The notes below the pieces were generated by a model, which saw only the letters and a program-made list of their open reading frames with translations, had not been told where the DNA came from and did no database searches. DNA of 64,000 nucleotides from the IMG/VR virus record IMGVR_UViG_3300033463_000015; one strand, given 5' to 3'. The position numbers were made by a program, and so were the translations under genes. Shown piece after piece: positions 40,001 through 50,698 of the stretch. Origin of the DNA: a virus (taxonomy: Duplodnaviria > Caudoviricetes). The stretch's first letter is position 1; each line of letters begins with the position of its first letter.

Positions 40001-41295
40001 TGCCTGATTATTCAAAACAAATAGTCTACCTATCACAAGCTCAATATCAAGAGCTTATAACCAATGGCACCATAACTGTGGATGGTGTCACCGTTACATA
40101 CAACGAGAACGATATATACGTAACGCCGCAAGCGGAGCCTGTAACTGATGTGCAGGTGAATGGGACGAGTATTGCAAGTAATGGAGTTGCTAATATACCG
40201 ATGGCAACAGAGAATAGCTATGGTGTAGTAATGCCCGATAATGCAAGTCTTGGTATAGCAAACTATTTAGGTATACCAAAATTAACCATAAAACCACGGC
40301 CAATCGGATATATTAAAGGCGAGAATCAAGAAACAGCTATAACTGCTTCAATGCAACATCAATCTACTTTTTATGGTTTAGCTAAGGCGGCAGGAGACAC
40401 AACACAAAAGAACTCTGATAATGCCGTTGGTACTTACACCGATGAAGCCAAGCAAAGCATCCAACAAATGCTCGGCGTCTCCTCCCTCATCGCCCCATCC
40501 GAACCTACCCTCATCGCCTCAAAAGCCTATGCGGTTGGCGATGTATTTACTGCGAACGGCAAGCTCTACAAAGTTACGACAGCGATTGCGGCTGCGGAGA
40601 GTATTGTAGTGCAAAATGAAGGGGATGAAATAAGTGGGCATAATGCGGAAGAGTGTAAAATGACGGATTATGCAGTGCATGATGTGCAAGTCAATGGCAC
40701 GAGCGTAGTTAGTAACGGCGTGGCGAATGTGCCGATAGCAAGCACATCAAACCTTGGTCTTATAAAGCCAAAGAACGGATTTGGTATTTCGGTTAATTCA
40801 GCAGGACAAATATATACTGTAAAGCCGATCACGGCAGAAATAAAAGCAGGGACACATCAATATAACAGCATCGTTCCATATAATCAGCATGAATCTGTCT
40901 TCTATGGTCTTGCTAAAGCCGCAGGAGACTCAACCCAAAGCGCGTCCAGTAACGCAGTCGGCACCTACACCGACTCCGCCAAAGCCTCCATTAAATCAAT
41001 GCTCGGTATTGTTGATGGCTCAACTGGCACGGTATCTGTCACGGGCACAACTCCCTCAATCACCGCAGTTGAAAACACCCGCTACGTCTGCGGCGAAGTT
41101 GTTACATTGACCATTACTCCACCCGCAAGCGGCATTTGCATTATACGCTTCACCAGCGGCACAACGCCTACTGTGCTTACTGCGACTGGTGTTGTATGGC
41201 CTGAATGGTTTGATGACACAGCACTTGAAACTGAAAGAGTTTATGAAATTTGCATTACAGATGGGTATGGGGCGGTGATGTCATGGGCACTGTAA
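40000..41295 (+). CDS. Tail fibre-associated protein with a duplicated DVQVNGTS...FYGLAKAAGD module
   Basis: Internal repeat that also occurs in the 36420 gene. Confidence 0.8.
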   Translation: MPDYSKQIVYLSQAQYQELITNGTITVDGVTVTYNENDIYVTPQAEPVTDVQVNGTSIASNGVANIPMATENSYGVVMPDNASLGIANYLGIPKLTIKPRPIGYIKGENQETAITASMQHQSTFYGLAKAAGDTTQKNSDNAVGTYTDEAKQSIQQMLGVSSLIAPSEPTLIASKAYAVGDVFTANGKLYKVTTAIAAAESIVVQNEGDEISGHNAEECKMTDYAVHDVQVNGTSVVSNGVANVPIASTSNLGLIKPKNGFGISVNSAGQIYTVKPITAEIKAGTHQYNSIVPYNQHESVFYGLAKAAGDSTQSASSNAVGTYTDSAKASIKSMLGIVDGSTGTVSVTGTTPSITAVENTRYVCGEVVTLTITPPASGICIIRFTSGTTPTVLTATGVVWPEWFDDTALETERVYEICITDGYGAVMSWAL

Positions 41296-44147
41296 AATAT
41301 ACTGGGCCTGTGGCATCATTCCACTGCCCTACTAATGCGGAGATTAGAAGCTTGAAGGTGCATTTTAGCCCGAAGCAGGATGGAACAGGAGACCCGAGTC
41401 CGGAGAATGTGCGGCCGATTGTTGGATGGGATGGAGTAAAAGCGTATGACTGGACTTCTGCAAACGCAAGCACCTCTTCTGTTCCAAGTGAGTATAAGAA
41501 GGTCGAGTATCTGGAATGTACCGGGACGCAGTACATCGCGACGAACTACATTGTTCAGTCTGGCTGGGCTGATATAACAATGCGGTTTATGCATAGAGCT
41601 ACCCAATCTAACGATTCAATGTATTTTGGTAGCTCTGCAGGTTCCACTAAATGGACATTCCAATGCGAATGTTATGCTGGAACGGGCTGGTATGTGGCGT
41701 GCGGAAAATATAATTATCGAAATCAGTTGTATGGGTTTTGTACAAGTTCTGATGTTGTGTATGATTTGCGTGTTAATAACGTGTGCCTTACAATAGGCGG
41801 CAATACGACAACAGATAAAACTATACGAGATGGCGAAAACACTTTTCCGATGTACATTTTCGCATGGAATGGTAGTGGTAATGCTCAATACTTGAATACA
41901 GGTGCAAGAATTTATTTTCTGACTTTCCGTGAAAACGGCATTATTGCCGCCGATTTTGTCCCTTGTCTTCGCAAATCTGATAACAAACCCGGAATGTACG
42001 ACACGGTATCTCAAACCTTCTACACCAATGCCGGAACAGGCGAGTTCCTGTATGGCCCTGAAGTAAGCGGATATACTGAGGACTACAAGTTCGGGGTGTT
42101 GGGGAAGAATAAACTTGATGTTTCTGCTTATATAGATAATGAATATGTTAAGTCTGATGGAACTTTTGATACTAATAATTCCTTTAGGCGTACCGATTAT
42201 CTTCATTTATCGCCTGGAGATTATATTTATTCATCTGTAAAAAATGATAGTGTTGCGGCATATAGTAGAGTATGCGGATATACAAAAGATAAAACTTTTG
42301 TTTCAATGCTTAATGAACAGCTTAAAAATTCTGAAAATTACACAATGACTTTTACTGTGGCAGATAATGTTTATTATATTGTATTACAATCATATAAAAA
42401 TACATCACAAGAACAAATCGAACTCGGCTCCACCGCAACCACCTACGAACCCTACTCCTCCGACAACACCGTCTACGGCGGCTATGTCGATCTGGCGAAA
42501 GGGGAAGTGGTGGCGGAGTGGTATAAAGTTGTTATGGACGGAGTAAATATCAAGTGTAATAGTGACTACAGCAATGACAATTATATTATCGGCGGATGGG
42601 TATATGTTTCACCAACCGGAATGTATGATAGTGAGTTTCATTCAAAGTATTGCTGCGACAGCATGCCAATAGTAGCAAACACTGAAACGAATCCACAATC
42701 TTTACCATTTATGCGTACGACAGGTGCTGGATATTTGTATCTTAGAATTTGGGCGGCTAATACGGCAGATCATCCTGAACTTGACACGGCGCAAAAGCGA
42801 AAAGACTTTGTTAATGCTTACCTCCAAGAACATCCAGCATCCGTAGTATACAAATTAAGAGAACCCATCCACTACCCCCTCGCCCCAACCGCCCTCCAAA
42901 CCTTCCTCGGCCGCAACAACGTCTGGTCCAACGCGGACTATGTTGAAGTTGAGTACGATTTGCACGAGACGCAAGACCTATTGCAGCGAAAAGCCTTCAT
43001 TATGGCTAATCAGCCGCACATTGTAAAACCAGCGGCGGCAACGTTGCAGAGCTTCAGGACGGATGTTATTGCGCCGCTGAAGGAATGTAAGGTGCATTTT
43101 GAACCTGTACAAGAAGGTAGTGGTGACCCAAGTCCGGATAATGTCAGGCCGATTACGGGGTGGACTGGGTGCGAGGTGTATCGGACGGGGAAGAACTTGT
43201 TGAATGCCAGCGTACTGTCACAAGCCGAATCGTATAGCACTTTAGGCTTATACGGATACCGCTATACTGATGCGATCTTCCTGAAACCGAATACGCAGTA
43301 CTATATCAACTGGGACAGAACAGGACAAGACGCAACAGCAGACCCTGTGTGTTATTGGGGAATAAAAATCTATAATAGCACATATAGTGATGTATCAGAC
43401 ACCGGAACGTTTAGGTATTATGTGAATGGTGCAAACGGTCTGAGAAGATATACGACCAGTTTTACAACCGGGCCTTACGGTGCTGTTCGATTTGCGATTA
43501 ACCCGCAGAGCGGCTATGCCAATATGCAAGCGGCGCTGAACGACGTATTCGCAAAGGCGTACTGGCAAATGGAAATCGGAACCGCCGCCACTTCTTACGA
43601 ACCCTACAACGGTACGACCATTCCCTTCGACTGGACTTCCTCTGCCGGGACCGTATACGGCGGGTATGTGGATTTGGTGAAGGGGGAGTTGGTGGCAACT
43701 CATAGAAAAGTACAAATACCACCGAATGACATAAAAGGCGGAGTTGGTGGCTTTGTTGACAATCCAGCATATCAAGGAGCCACGTTTACCCATAGATATT
43801 TTAGCATATCTCAACAAAGTAACACGAATGGGTTACTGATTGGGAATTACATGTCAAAAGGGAATTGTGGCAGAGAGGCTTGGCGTTGTAATTATGACGG
43901 AACAGGTTTATTGCACTATTCTGTTTCTAACGATGCAATTGGTGTTACATCAGAAACTTCTGCTGGTGATAGAAATACGGCGGTGGCTGCGTGGTTATCA
44001 GAGTATAATCCATATTTAATATACACTCTACAAACCCCACAACTGGTTGCAACCCTCACCCCAACCCAGCTCAAAACCCTCCGTGGCACTAACAACGTCT
44101 GGTCCAACGCAAACGGCAACATTGAATTGGCTTATTGGAGCCATTAA
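41283..44147 (+). CDS. Putative receptor-binding/tail protein with two tandem modules
   Basis: GDPSP.NVRPI.GW, G..AT.YEPY...VYGGYVDL.KGE and NNVWSNA each occur twice. Contains a YLECTGTQYI...PGMYD module. Confidence 0.75.
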   Translation: MGTVKYTGPVASFHCPTNAEIRSLKVHFSPKQDGTGDPSPENVRPIVGWDGVKAYDWTSANASTSSVPSEYKKVEYLECTGTQYIATNYIVQSGWADITMRFMHRATQSNDSMYFGSSAGSTKWTFQCECYAGTGWYVACGKYNYRNQLYGFCTSSDVVYDLRVNNVCLTIGGNTTTDKTIRDGENTFPMYIFAWNGSGNAQYLNTGARIYFLTFRENGIIAADFVPCLRKSDNKPGMYDTVSQTFYTNAGTGEFLYGPEVSGYTEDYKFGVLGKNKLDVSAYIDNEYVKSDGTFDTNNSFRRTDYLHLSPGDYIYSSVKNDSVAAYSRVCGYTKDKTFVSMLNEQLKNSENYTMTFTVADNVYYIVLQSYKNTSQEQIELGSTATTYEPYSSDNTVYGGYVDLAKGEVVAEWYKVVMDGVNIKCNSDYSNDNYIIGGWVYVSPTGMYDSEFHSKYCCDSMPIVANTETNPQSLPFMRTTGAGYLYLRIWAANTADHPELDTAQKRKDFVNAYLQEHPASVVYKLREPIHYPLAPTALQTFLGRNNVWSNADYVEVEYDLHETQDLLQRKAFIMANQPHIVKPAAATLQSFRTDVIAPLKECKVHFEPVQEGSGDPSPDNVRPITGWTGCEVYRTGKNLLNASVLSQAESYSTLGLYGYRYTDAIFLKPNTQYYINWDRTGQDATADPVCYWGIKIYNSTYSDVSDTGTFRYYVNGANGLRRYTTSFTTGPYGAVRFAINPQSGYANMQAALNDVFAKAYWQMEIGTAATSYEPYNGTTIPFDWTSSAGTVYGGYVDLVKGELVATHRKVQIPPNDIKGGVGGFVDNPAYQGATFTHRYFSISQQSNTNGLLIGNYMSKGNCGREAWRCNYDGTGLLHYSVSNDAIGVTSETSAGDRNTAVAAWLSEYNPYLIYTLQTPQLVATLTPTQLKTLRGTNNVWSNANGNIELAYWSH

Positions 44148-44200
44148 TTACTAATAAACTACTCCTACGGGAGTACAACATCACATAAGGAGTGATCTCT

Positions 44201-44521
44201 ATGGTACGTACAATTTATGAAGTATATGCAAAAGTAGTAGACGCTAATGGCGCCTACAACACCCTATCTGGTTATCCTAAGGTATTCGACAGCCGTTCTT
44301 ATAATGGTGATGTCGAGAAAACACTTCAGCGCGCAAAGGGAGAGTTCCACGAAACTTTTGGCGCAATGTGCAAGCGTGACGACCGTCAGCAACAGATGGT
44401 TGTACTTATGACTTCTGCTGGTCAACCAATTGAACGTCAAGTAATTGGTTCTATTGCTCCTGATCCTGATCCAGAACTAGAGGTTGAGCCTGAAGAAAAT
44501 CCTTAGCCTGAAGGTGAATAA
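44201..44521 (+). CDS. Hypothetical protein, 1 TAG near the C-terminus
   Basis: RBS AAGGAGTG. ...EENP(Q)PEGE*. Confidence 0.7.
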
Positions 44522-44590
44522 AAATTTTTACAGTGGGCGTAAACAGACATACATATCTGCTTGCGCCCACACTTTTTTTATGGAAAAGAT

Positions 44591-44619
44591 TTGACAAACT
44601 AAAATGTTTGTGATATAAT
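44591..44619 (+). promoter_or_regulatory. SigA-type promoter inside the late region
   Basis: TTGACA-17-TATAAT with TG extension, just after a terminator hairpin (44533-44579). Confidence 0.8.
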
Positions 44620-44652
44620 ATAATTAAAGAAAAAAAGAAATGAGAGGTTAAT

Positions 44653-44859
44653 ATGGGACGAAATAGAGACGATTATTACTACGAAGAAGTATATTCTACT
44701 GAAACCGAAGAAACTACAATTGTAAACGAAATTGAAATTGGATGCGGCTTTTGTAAAGACAAACGTAAGAATAAGGACATTGAACTTTACTTTCTTGATC
44801 GCGCAAACAATATGCGCCCTTGTTCTTACTGTCCATCTTGCGGCCGCAAGTTGGGGTGA
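44653..44859 (+). CDS. Zn-ribbon protein
   Basis: GCGFC...YCPSCGRKL. Confidence 0.7.
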   Translation: MGRNRDDYYYEEVYSTETEETTIVNEIEIGCGFCKDKRKNKDIELYFLDRANNMRPCSYCPSCGRKLG

Positions 44860-44863
44860 GTGA

Positions 44864-45274
44864 ATGAATAATACTTATAATTGGAATAATCCTTTAATGG
44901 GTATGCAACAGGTTGCCTAGCCTAATTATTACCAAATGGCTCCCAAATATGAAATTATTCAAGTAAAAGGTGAAGCCGGTGCTAATAATTTTCGTATGGC
45001 GCCAAATAGTAGAGCAATTTTAGCTGATGAAACAGCACCAATGATTTGGTTTGCTCATACAGATAGCGGTGGTTACTTAACTGTAGAGCCTTATGATATT
45101 TATCCACATAAAGCACAAGAGCCCGTTAATGTAAATGATTTAGCGGAGCGCGTAAAGAAATTGGAGGATTTATATGTACAACAATCCACTTCTAAATCCA
45201 AGAAGCAACGTTAGCCAACGGCCACAACAGAGCCCACAAATGGACCAATTGAGACAAATGGTACAACTGTATAA
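44864..45274 (+). CDS. Module gene 1, hypothetical (2 TAG)
   Basis: MNNTYNWNNP...QVKGEAGANNFRMAPNSRAILAD. Confidence 0.65.
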
Positions 45275-45449
45275 AAATAGCAAAAATCCAATGCTCGCAA
45301 TGCAGAATATGCTTGAGCAAAATAAAGAGCTTAAAACTGTTATGAATTTCGTTAATAGAAATGGCGGAAATGCACAACAGTTATTTTATGAATTAGCACG
45401 TGAAGCGGGTGTAGACCCGCAAGAAGTGCTAAAAGGATTAGGGATATAA
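45174..45449 (+). CDS. Module gene 2, Gln/Met/Asn-rich helical protein
   Basis: RBS GGAGG. NPMLAMQNML...GNAQQLFYELA...GVDP. Confidence 0.75.
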   Translation: MYNNPLLNPRSNVSQRPQQSPQMDQLRQMVQLYKNSKNPMLAMQNMLEQNKELKTVMNFVNRNGGNAQQLFYELAREAGVDPQEVLKGLGI

Positions 45450-45512
45450 TTTTTAAGCACGCGAAAGCGTGCTCTTTTTATATCAAAATATTTTAACAGG
45501 GGCGTGATTCAT

Positions 45513-46139
45513 ATGGATGGAAATCTTTCTGCTGCTGATATGGCGGCCGTAACCGGACGTGATGGAAACTGGGGCGAGGGTTTGTGGTTATTTGCTATTC
45601 TTGCTCTAATGGGTGGCGGCTTTGACAACTGGGGCAATCGTGGTGGCTATGAACAGTATGCTACTCGCGATCAAGTTCAAAATGGTTTCGACACCCAGAA
45701 CCTCCAAGCTCAAACACGTGATATTTTAGCCGCAGTAACTGGTGGCACTGCTCAATCTGTTGCCGCGACTAATCAAGTATATCACGATGTAGTAAGCTAT
45801 GTAGGCGACAAATATATGGAACTCCAACGTGATTTAGCAGGTCTTGCTGTTGGACAGGCTAACTTACTCGCTAAACAAAATGAAACTGGTTGCGGCATTC
45901 TTCGCGCAATTGATGGCGTAAATTATAACGCAGCTATGAATACTGCAGCTATCAATGCTAATGTCACCGCAGTAGGTCAAAAAATTCTTGATGCTATTAT
46001 GGGCAATAAAATGGAAGAAATGCAAAACCGTATTAACCAGCTTGAGCTACAAAACCAGCTTGGTAATGTAGTTCGCTATCCTCAAGGCTTCGTTTATAAT
46101 GCTGGTAACAACCCTTTCTGTGGATGTGGGTGCAATTAA
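45513..46139 (+). CDS. Module gene 3: Gly-rich, hydrophobic segment, coiled coil, C-terminal CGCGC (spore-coat-like)
   Basis: LSAADMAAV..WLFAILALMGGG...QNGFD...RAIDGVNY...CGCGCN. Confidence 0.75.
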   Translation: MDGNLSAADMAAVTGRDGNWGEGLWLFAILALMGGGFDNWGNRGGYEQYATRDQVQNGFDTQNLQAQTRDILAAVTGGTAQSVAATNQVYHDVVSYVGDKYMELQRDLAGLAVGQANLLAKQNETGCGILRAIDGVNYNAAMNTAAINANVTAVGQKILDAIMGNKMEEMQNRINQLELQNQLGNVVRYPQGFVYNAGNNPFCGCGCN

Positions 46140-46212
46140 TAGAGCGTATTGAGTACGCCGACTAAGGGACGCGTACTAACGCGTCCCTCTTTTTTATTTG
46201 GAGGAAAAACAT

Positions 46213-46521
46213 ATGAAGATAATTGAAAAATTATGCGATATGATTGAGGAGGAGCTTGATAGCGCCGAATGCTATGCGAAATGCGCTATTGAGAAAAAAG
46301 AAGAATACCCTCAATTAGCAGAAACCTTCTATAAAATTGCTAATGATAAAATGGGACATATGAATTTACTACATACCCAAGTAGTTTCTATAATAGAGGA
46401 CTACAGAAAAAAGAAAGGGGACCCGCCAGAGGCGATGAAGTTATTATACGATATTTTACATAAAAGATATATAGCTCACGCCGCGGCAGTTAAGGGTATG
46501 CTCGCATTATATAAGGAGTGA
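46213..46521 (+). CDS. Module gene 4, ferritin-like four-helix protein
   Basis: IEEEL..AECYA...F.KIA.D.MGH...LH. Confidence 0.65.
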   Translation: MKIIEKLCDMIEEELDSAECYAKCAIEKKEEYPQLAETFYKIANDKMGHMNLLHTQVVSIIEDYRKKKGDPPEAMKLLYDILHKRYIAHAAAVKGMLALYKE

Positions 46522-46527
46522 TGACTT

Positions 46528-46938
46528 ATGCTACAGGCTTATAGTTCTAATTTAGCAATAGATGCTAATGCTGCTTTTCCATTTAATAATGCTACTATTG
46601 ACAAAGGATGCGCCGAAAAGTTATCTGCGCCCGCAACTATCCAACTAAATCAACGCGGTGTTTATCTCGTTGAAGTTGACGGTTTCGCAACAGGTGCGGC
46701 CGCAGGAGTGAATACAGTTCAACTTAATGTAAATGGTGTAGCATTGCCGCAAGCTATTAGTTCATTTACAACAGCGGCAGCTACAGTAGCTAATTTTGGT
46801 TTTAAAACCTTTGTCCAAGTAAGTGAAAATAATTGTAATTGTAATTGCTTCTCTAGCCCAACAGTTTTACAAGTATTAAATGGTGAGCAGGCATTGACCG
46901 ATGCTCATATTAATATTGTGGTTACTAAAATTAGATAA
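46528..46938 (+). CDS. Module gene 5, beta-sandwich resembling BclA-C/exosporium domains
   Basis: FPFNN...IQLNQRGVYLVEV...VQLNVNGVALPQA...CNCNC...NIVVTKI. Confidence 0.6.
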   Translation: MLQAYSSNLAIDANAAFPFNNATIDKGCAEKLSAPATIQLNQRGVYLVEVDGFATGAAAGVNTVQLNVNGVALPQAISSFTTAAATVANFGFKTFVQVSENNCNCNCFSSPTVLQVLNGEQALTDAHINIVVTKIR

Positions 46939-46982
46939 TAAAGTGCGCTGGACGTAATAGTCCAGCGCCTTTTCTTTTAGCT

Positions 46983-47579
46983 ATGAATATAGAAGAAATT
47001 TTTACCACATTAATTACTCATATGAAAACTGGCATAGAGATGCATTATAAAATGATGGAAGCTTATGATTTCTTATCATTACCGGGCTATAAAAAATGTC
47101 AAGAATATCATTATCTTTCAGAAATTCAAGAGCAATTACAATTATCTCATTACTATACAGAAAATTATTATAAAATATTAAATGTTTCCGCGGCAGAAAT
47201 TGAAGTATTTTCATAGAGTTGGTACAAATATACTAGACAAGAAGTTGATGCCAACACAAAGCGTTCTGCTATACAAAATATGATGAAGCAGTGGGTAAAT
47301 TGGGAACGTGAAACTAAAACATTATATCAAAATATGTACTAGGAACTAGCAGTTCTCAATGAAATTGCTGCAGCTAATTTTTTAGAGAAATATATTAAAG
47401 ACGTCATTGAAGAATTGCGGCAAGCATAGCAGAAGCTAATTGAATTGGAGACAATTAATTATGATGCTATAGAAATTATTAAAGAGCAATAGCATTATTA
47501 TAAAAAATATAAAAAGAAAATAAAGGAAGTGATTTCAAATGCAGAAAAATTGGAATCACGAACGGTGGAGAACTCGTGA
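46983..47579 (+). CDS. Module gene 6, ferritin-like protein, 198 aa with 4 TAG
   Basis: HM..GIEMH...YDFL.LPGYKKCQEYHYLSE...WVNWERETK.LY...DV.EEL. Confidence 0.65.
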
Positions 47580-48018
47580 TTTATTATTAGAGTACGATGC
47601 CGCTATTATGCCCCCTCATCCTCGCGCGGGCGGACTAGCAATAATTTATCCTTGGGGCTCATCAGTATATGATAATGTAGTGGATATGTCAATTCCTCAT
47701 AATCCACATACCACAACTTTATCAATGATATATCCTTGGGAAAACACATCATTAAATATTTTAAATCATCAATTATATCTTATCGCTGTTCAAAATGGGT
47801 TTGATGGAACTGAGGAGGACTTTAAAGAGCTCTTCAAAGGTTATGTTGGACCACGTAGTATTATGTTTGCAACTTATTCGGCGTTTCCAGATACTGGTAT
47901 TACTGATAAGCTATATTTTGATTTAGAAACTAAAATATTATATTATTGGAATGATGAATATATTCCAGTTAATGCAATGCTAATAGCAAATACTAGACTT
48001 GATGGTGGTGAAGCGTAA
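47539..48018 (+). CDS. Tail-associated hypothetical protein
   Basis: YLIAVQNGFDGTEEDF and FPDTG....LYFD motifs. Confidence 0.7.
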   Translation: MQKNWNHERWRTRDLLLEYDAAIMPPHPRAGGLAIIYPWGSSVYDNVVDMSIPHNPHTTTLSMIYPWENTSLNILNHQLYLIAVQNGFDGTEEDFKELFKGYVGPRSIMFATYSAFPDTGITDKLYFDLETKILYYWNDEYIPVNAMLIANTRLDGGEA

Positions 48019-48722
48019 TGGCTACTAATAGTGTAAAAGTCACTTTACAAATTCGTCATGATGAAGCAGCCGATTGGACTACGCGAAACCCTATTCTAGC
48101 TCAAGGTGAATATGGCTTAGAAGTAGATACAGGTTGGTTAAAAATTGGTGATGGAATACTTGATTGGATACATTTACCTTATTTAAATAAATTGGATTTA
48201 TCTTATTTTAAACAGAATTTAGATGGTACAATTACTTTTAGTGATGCATTTTAGAATACAATTGCAACTTTAGAAGCAATTGCAGGAGAAGCTATTACAA
48301 GTTTAGTAATAACAGAGCCTCCAGTTAATGATACAGATGTGCCAAATAAAAAATATGTAGATGATAAAGTTGCTGAAGCTGTAGGATTAAAAAGAATAAT
48401 AGTAGATGAACTGCCATCGGCCATGAACGCAGATCCAAATGCAATGTATATGGTTCCAGCACCATCAGGAAATTATTATGAAGAATATATAGTAATCAAT
48501 GGTGTTTGGGATATGATAGGCGAAACTGGCGATGGCGGTAGTGGCGGTTTTGATTTACAAATAGCCACAGAAGCACGATTGGGTGGAGTTAAATCCACTA
48601 CTTAGCCTGACGGCGTATAGGTTAATTCTAATACTGGTTTTATGACCATTAATGATGTTTCAACAACTAAATTATATGTTCCAACAGGAGATATATTTAT
48701 TATATACGGCGGACATGCATAA
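48018..48722 (+). CDS. Tail fibre protein with Mtd_N/hyaluronidase-N-like domain, 3 TAG
   Basis: QIRHD.AADW...NPILAQGEYGLE.DTG.LKIGDG...W..LPY. Confidence 0.75.
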
Positions 48723-48736
48723 GGGAGGTGGCGTAA

Positions 48737-50665
48737 ATGGCGGAACATCAAATTGAAACGCGCATATTATTACGCTACGATACCTATGATAATTGGATGC
48801 ATAGTACTGTTATTTTAAAAACAGGCGAAGCCGCAATCGCGGCGATGCCATAGGAATATAGTATTATTGAATCTAATATCAGGCCTGAAAATACACCACC
48901 AGCTATAGGTATAAAAATAGGTGATGGATACCATTATTTTTCTGAATTGCCTTGGGTCTAGGGAGTGGCCGCGGATGTATATAATTGGGCTAAATCTCAA
49001 ACGAAACCAAGTTATAATGCTAATGAAATTATAGGTTTAACAACACTAATTCAAGAATATATTAATAATATTTCAGGAGATGTAACTGTTGAAGCTCGTA
49101 GTTATAGGTTATAGAAAGGTACAGATGCTAATATTAATAAGTATTTTTTATAGTCTAAAGGTGCTAATGATACTGATTGGGTAACAGATGAATTAAATTA
49201 TATAGATTTAAATGAATTTGCCGATGTTATTGCTTGGTTAGGTAGCGGTCCTAGTGATTATTGGAGTTTATCAACTTATGTTAATACAAAAATTAATGAT
49301 AAATTAGCTACTTTAAATTATACAGATAATATTAATAATAATTAGGTAGTAATAGGAGTAGATTAGACTGATGGTTTAATTTCCGTTACTCGAAGTCCTT
49401 TATATGCTTCTAATATTAATGGTGTTATAGATGTTGCTCATGGTGGTACAGGTCGTCAAGTTTTTGAATATGATGAAGTATTAATTGGAAATGGTAGCGA
49501 AAGTCTCACTAGTAAGCCTATTGATACTACTTTAACGAATAATAATCATTTAGCAACAAATAAAGCTATAATTAATTATATTACGAATGCAACTGCGGGT
49601 ATTACTAGCGCGATGCATTATCGCGGCGAAGCAACAGTTGAAATTGTTAATAATAGCGCTGTTAATCCACAAATTAATGGATATAATTTTTCATAGGCAG
49701 AGCCTGGAGATGTAATTGTTTATAATTATAAAGAATTCGTTTGGACTGGCGGCAATTGGCGCTTATTAGGAGATGAAGGCAGCTATATTATTAAAGGTAC
49801 AGTTAGTAACAACGACATATTAGATAATGCCGATATAGCGCAATCTAAAATTAGTAATTTAATAACAGATTTATCAAATAAGGTAGATAAAGAAGAAGGA
49901 AAAAGCCTTTCATCTAATGATTATACGGATGAAGAGCAGCAAAAATTAGCAGACATTGAAGAAGGAGCTTAGCGTAATTTAATTGAACATTTATATGTAA
50001 ATGGATTAGAAGTTACTCCTTCTGTAATTGATGGTAATCAAAATTCTATTGCAATCCGTTTAAGTTCATTAACACCTGAAGAAGAAGAAAAACTTCGCGG
50101 TATTGAACAAAATGCACAAGTTAATGTAATCGAGCATTTCTTTTTAAATGAAAATGAAATCATACCTAAGACTTATAAAGGATTGACAAAATCAGTTCAA
50201 TTAGAATTAATTGAATATACTGAACAAGAACAACAAAAGCTAGCTGGCATACAGACTGGAGCTCAAGTTAATACAATACAAAGTATTAGTGTTAATGGGG
50301 CTACCATTTCTCCAACTTAGGAAAAAACAGTAGATATTATAATACCAGATCATGCTGAGCATGCTAATAAAATTGAAAAAATTTATCTTAATGGTGTCGA
50401 ACAAGTGCCTGATTAGGATAAATATGTAAATATTCAAATTGATGAATCAGCAGTTAGTTTTACTGTATTAAAAGGCGCGCGAGTACCTACAGGTATTCCC
50501 GCAACGCCATATGAAGATATTGATTTAGATGAAACTACAAAAAAATTAGAATTTGCTAAAATAGCAAAAACTGGGTGGGTATATGATATAGTTAATACAC
50601 CCGCAAGTAATACAACAGATTATTTAATACTAAGGTGCGGTGATTCAACAACCTTAATTGATTAA
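48737..50665 (+). CDS. Tail fibre protein, 642 aa, missing entirely from the standard-code track
   Basis: RBS GGGAGGTG. Mtd_N-like start (KIGDG..YFSELPW). KVDKEEGKSLSSNDYT, and three KL..I...AQ.N.I repeats, one with TAG at the Gln position. Confidence 0.8.
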
Positions 50666-50698
50666 ACTTGGCTGGAATGATGCCGAGGAGGTGCTTTC

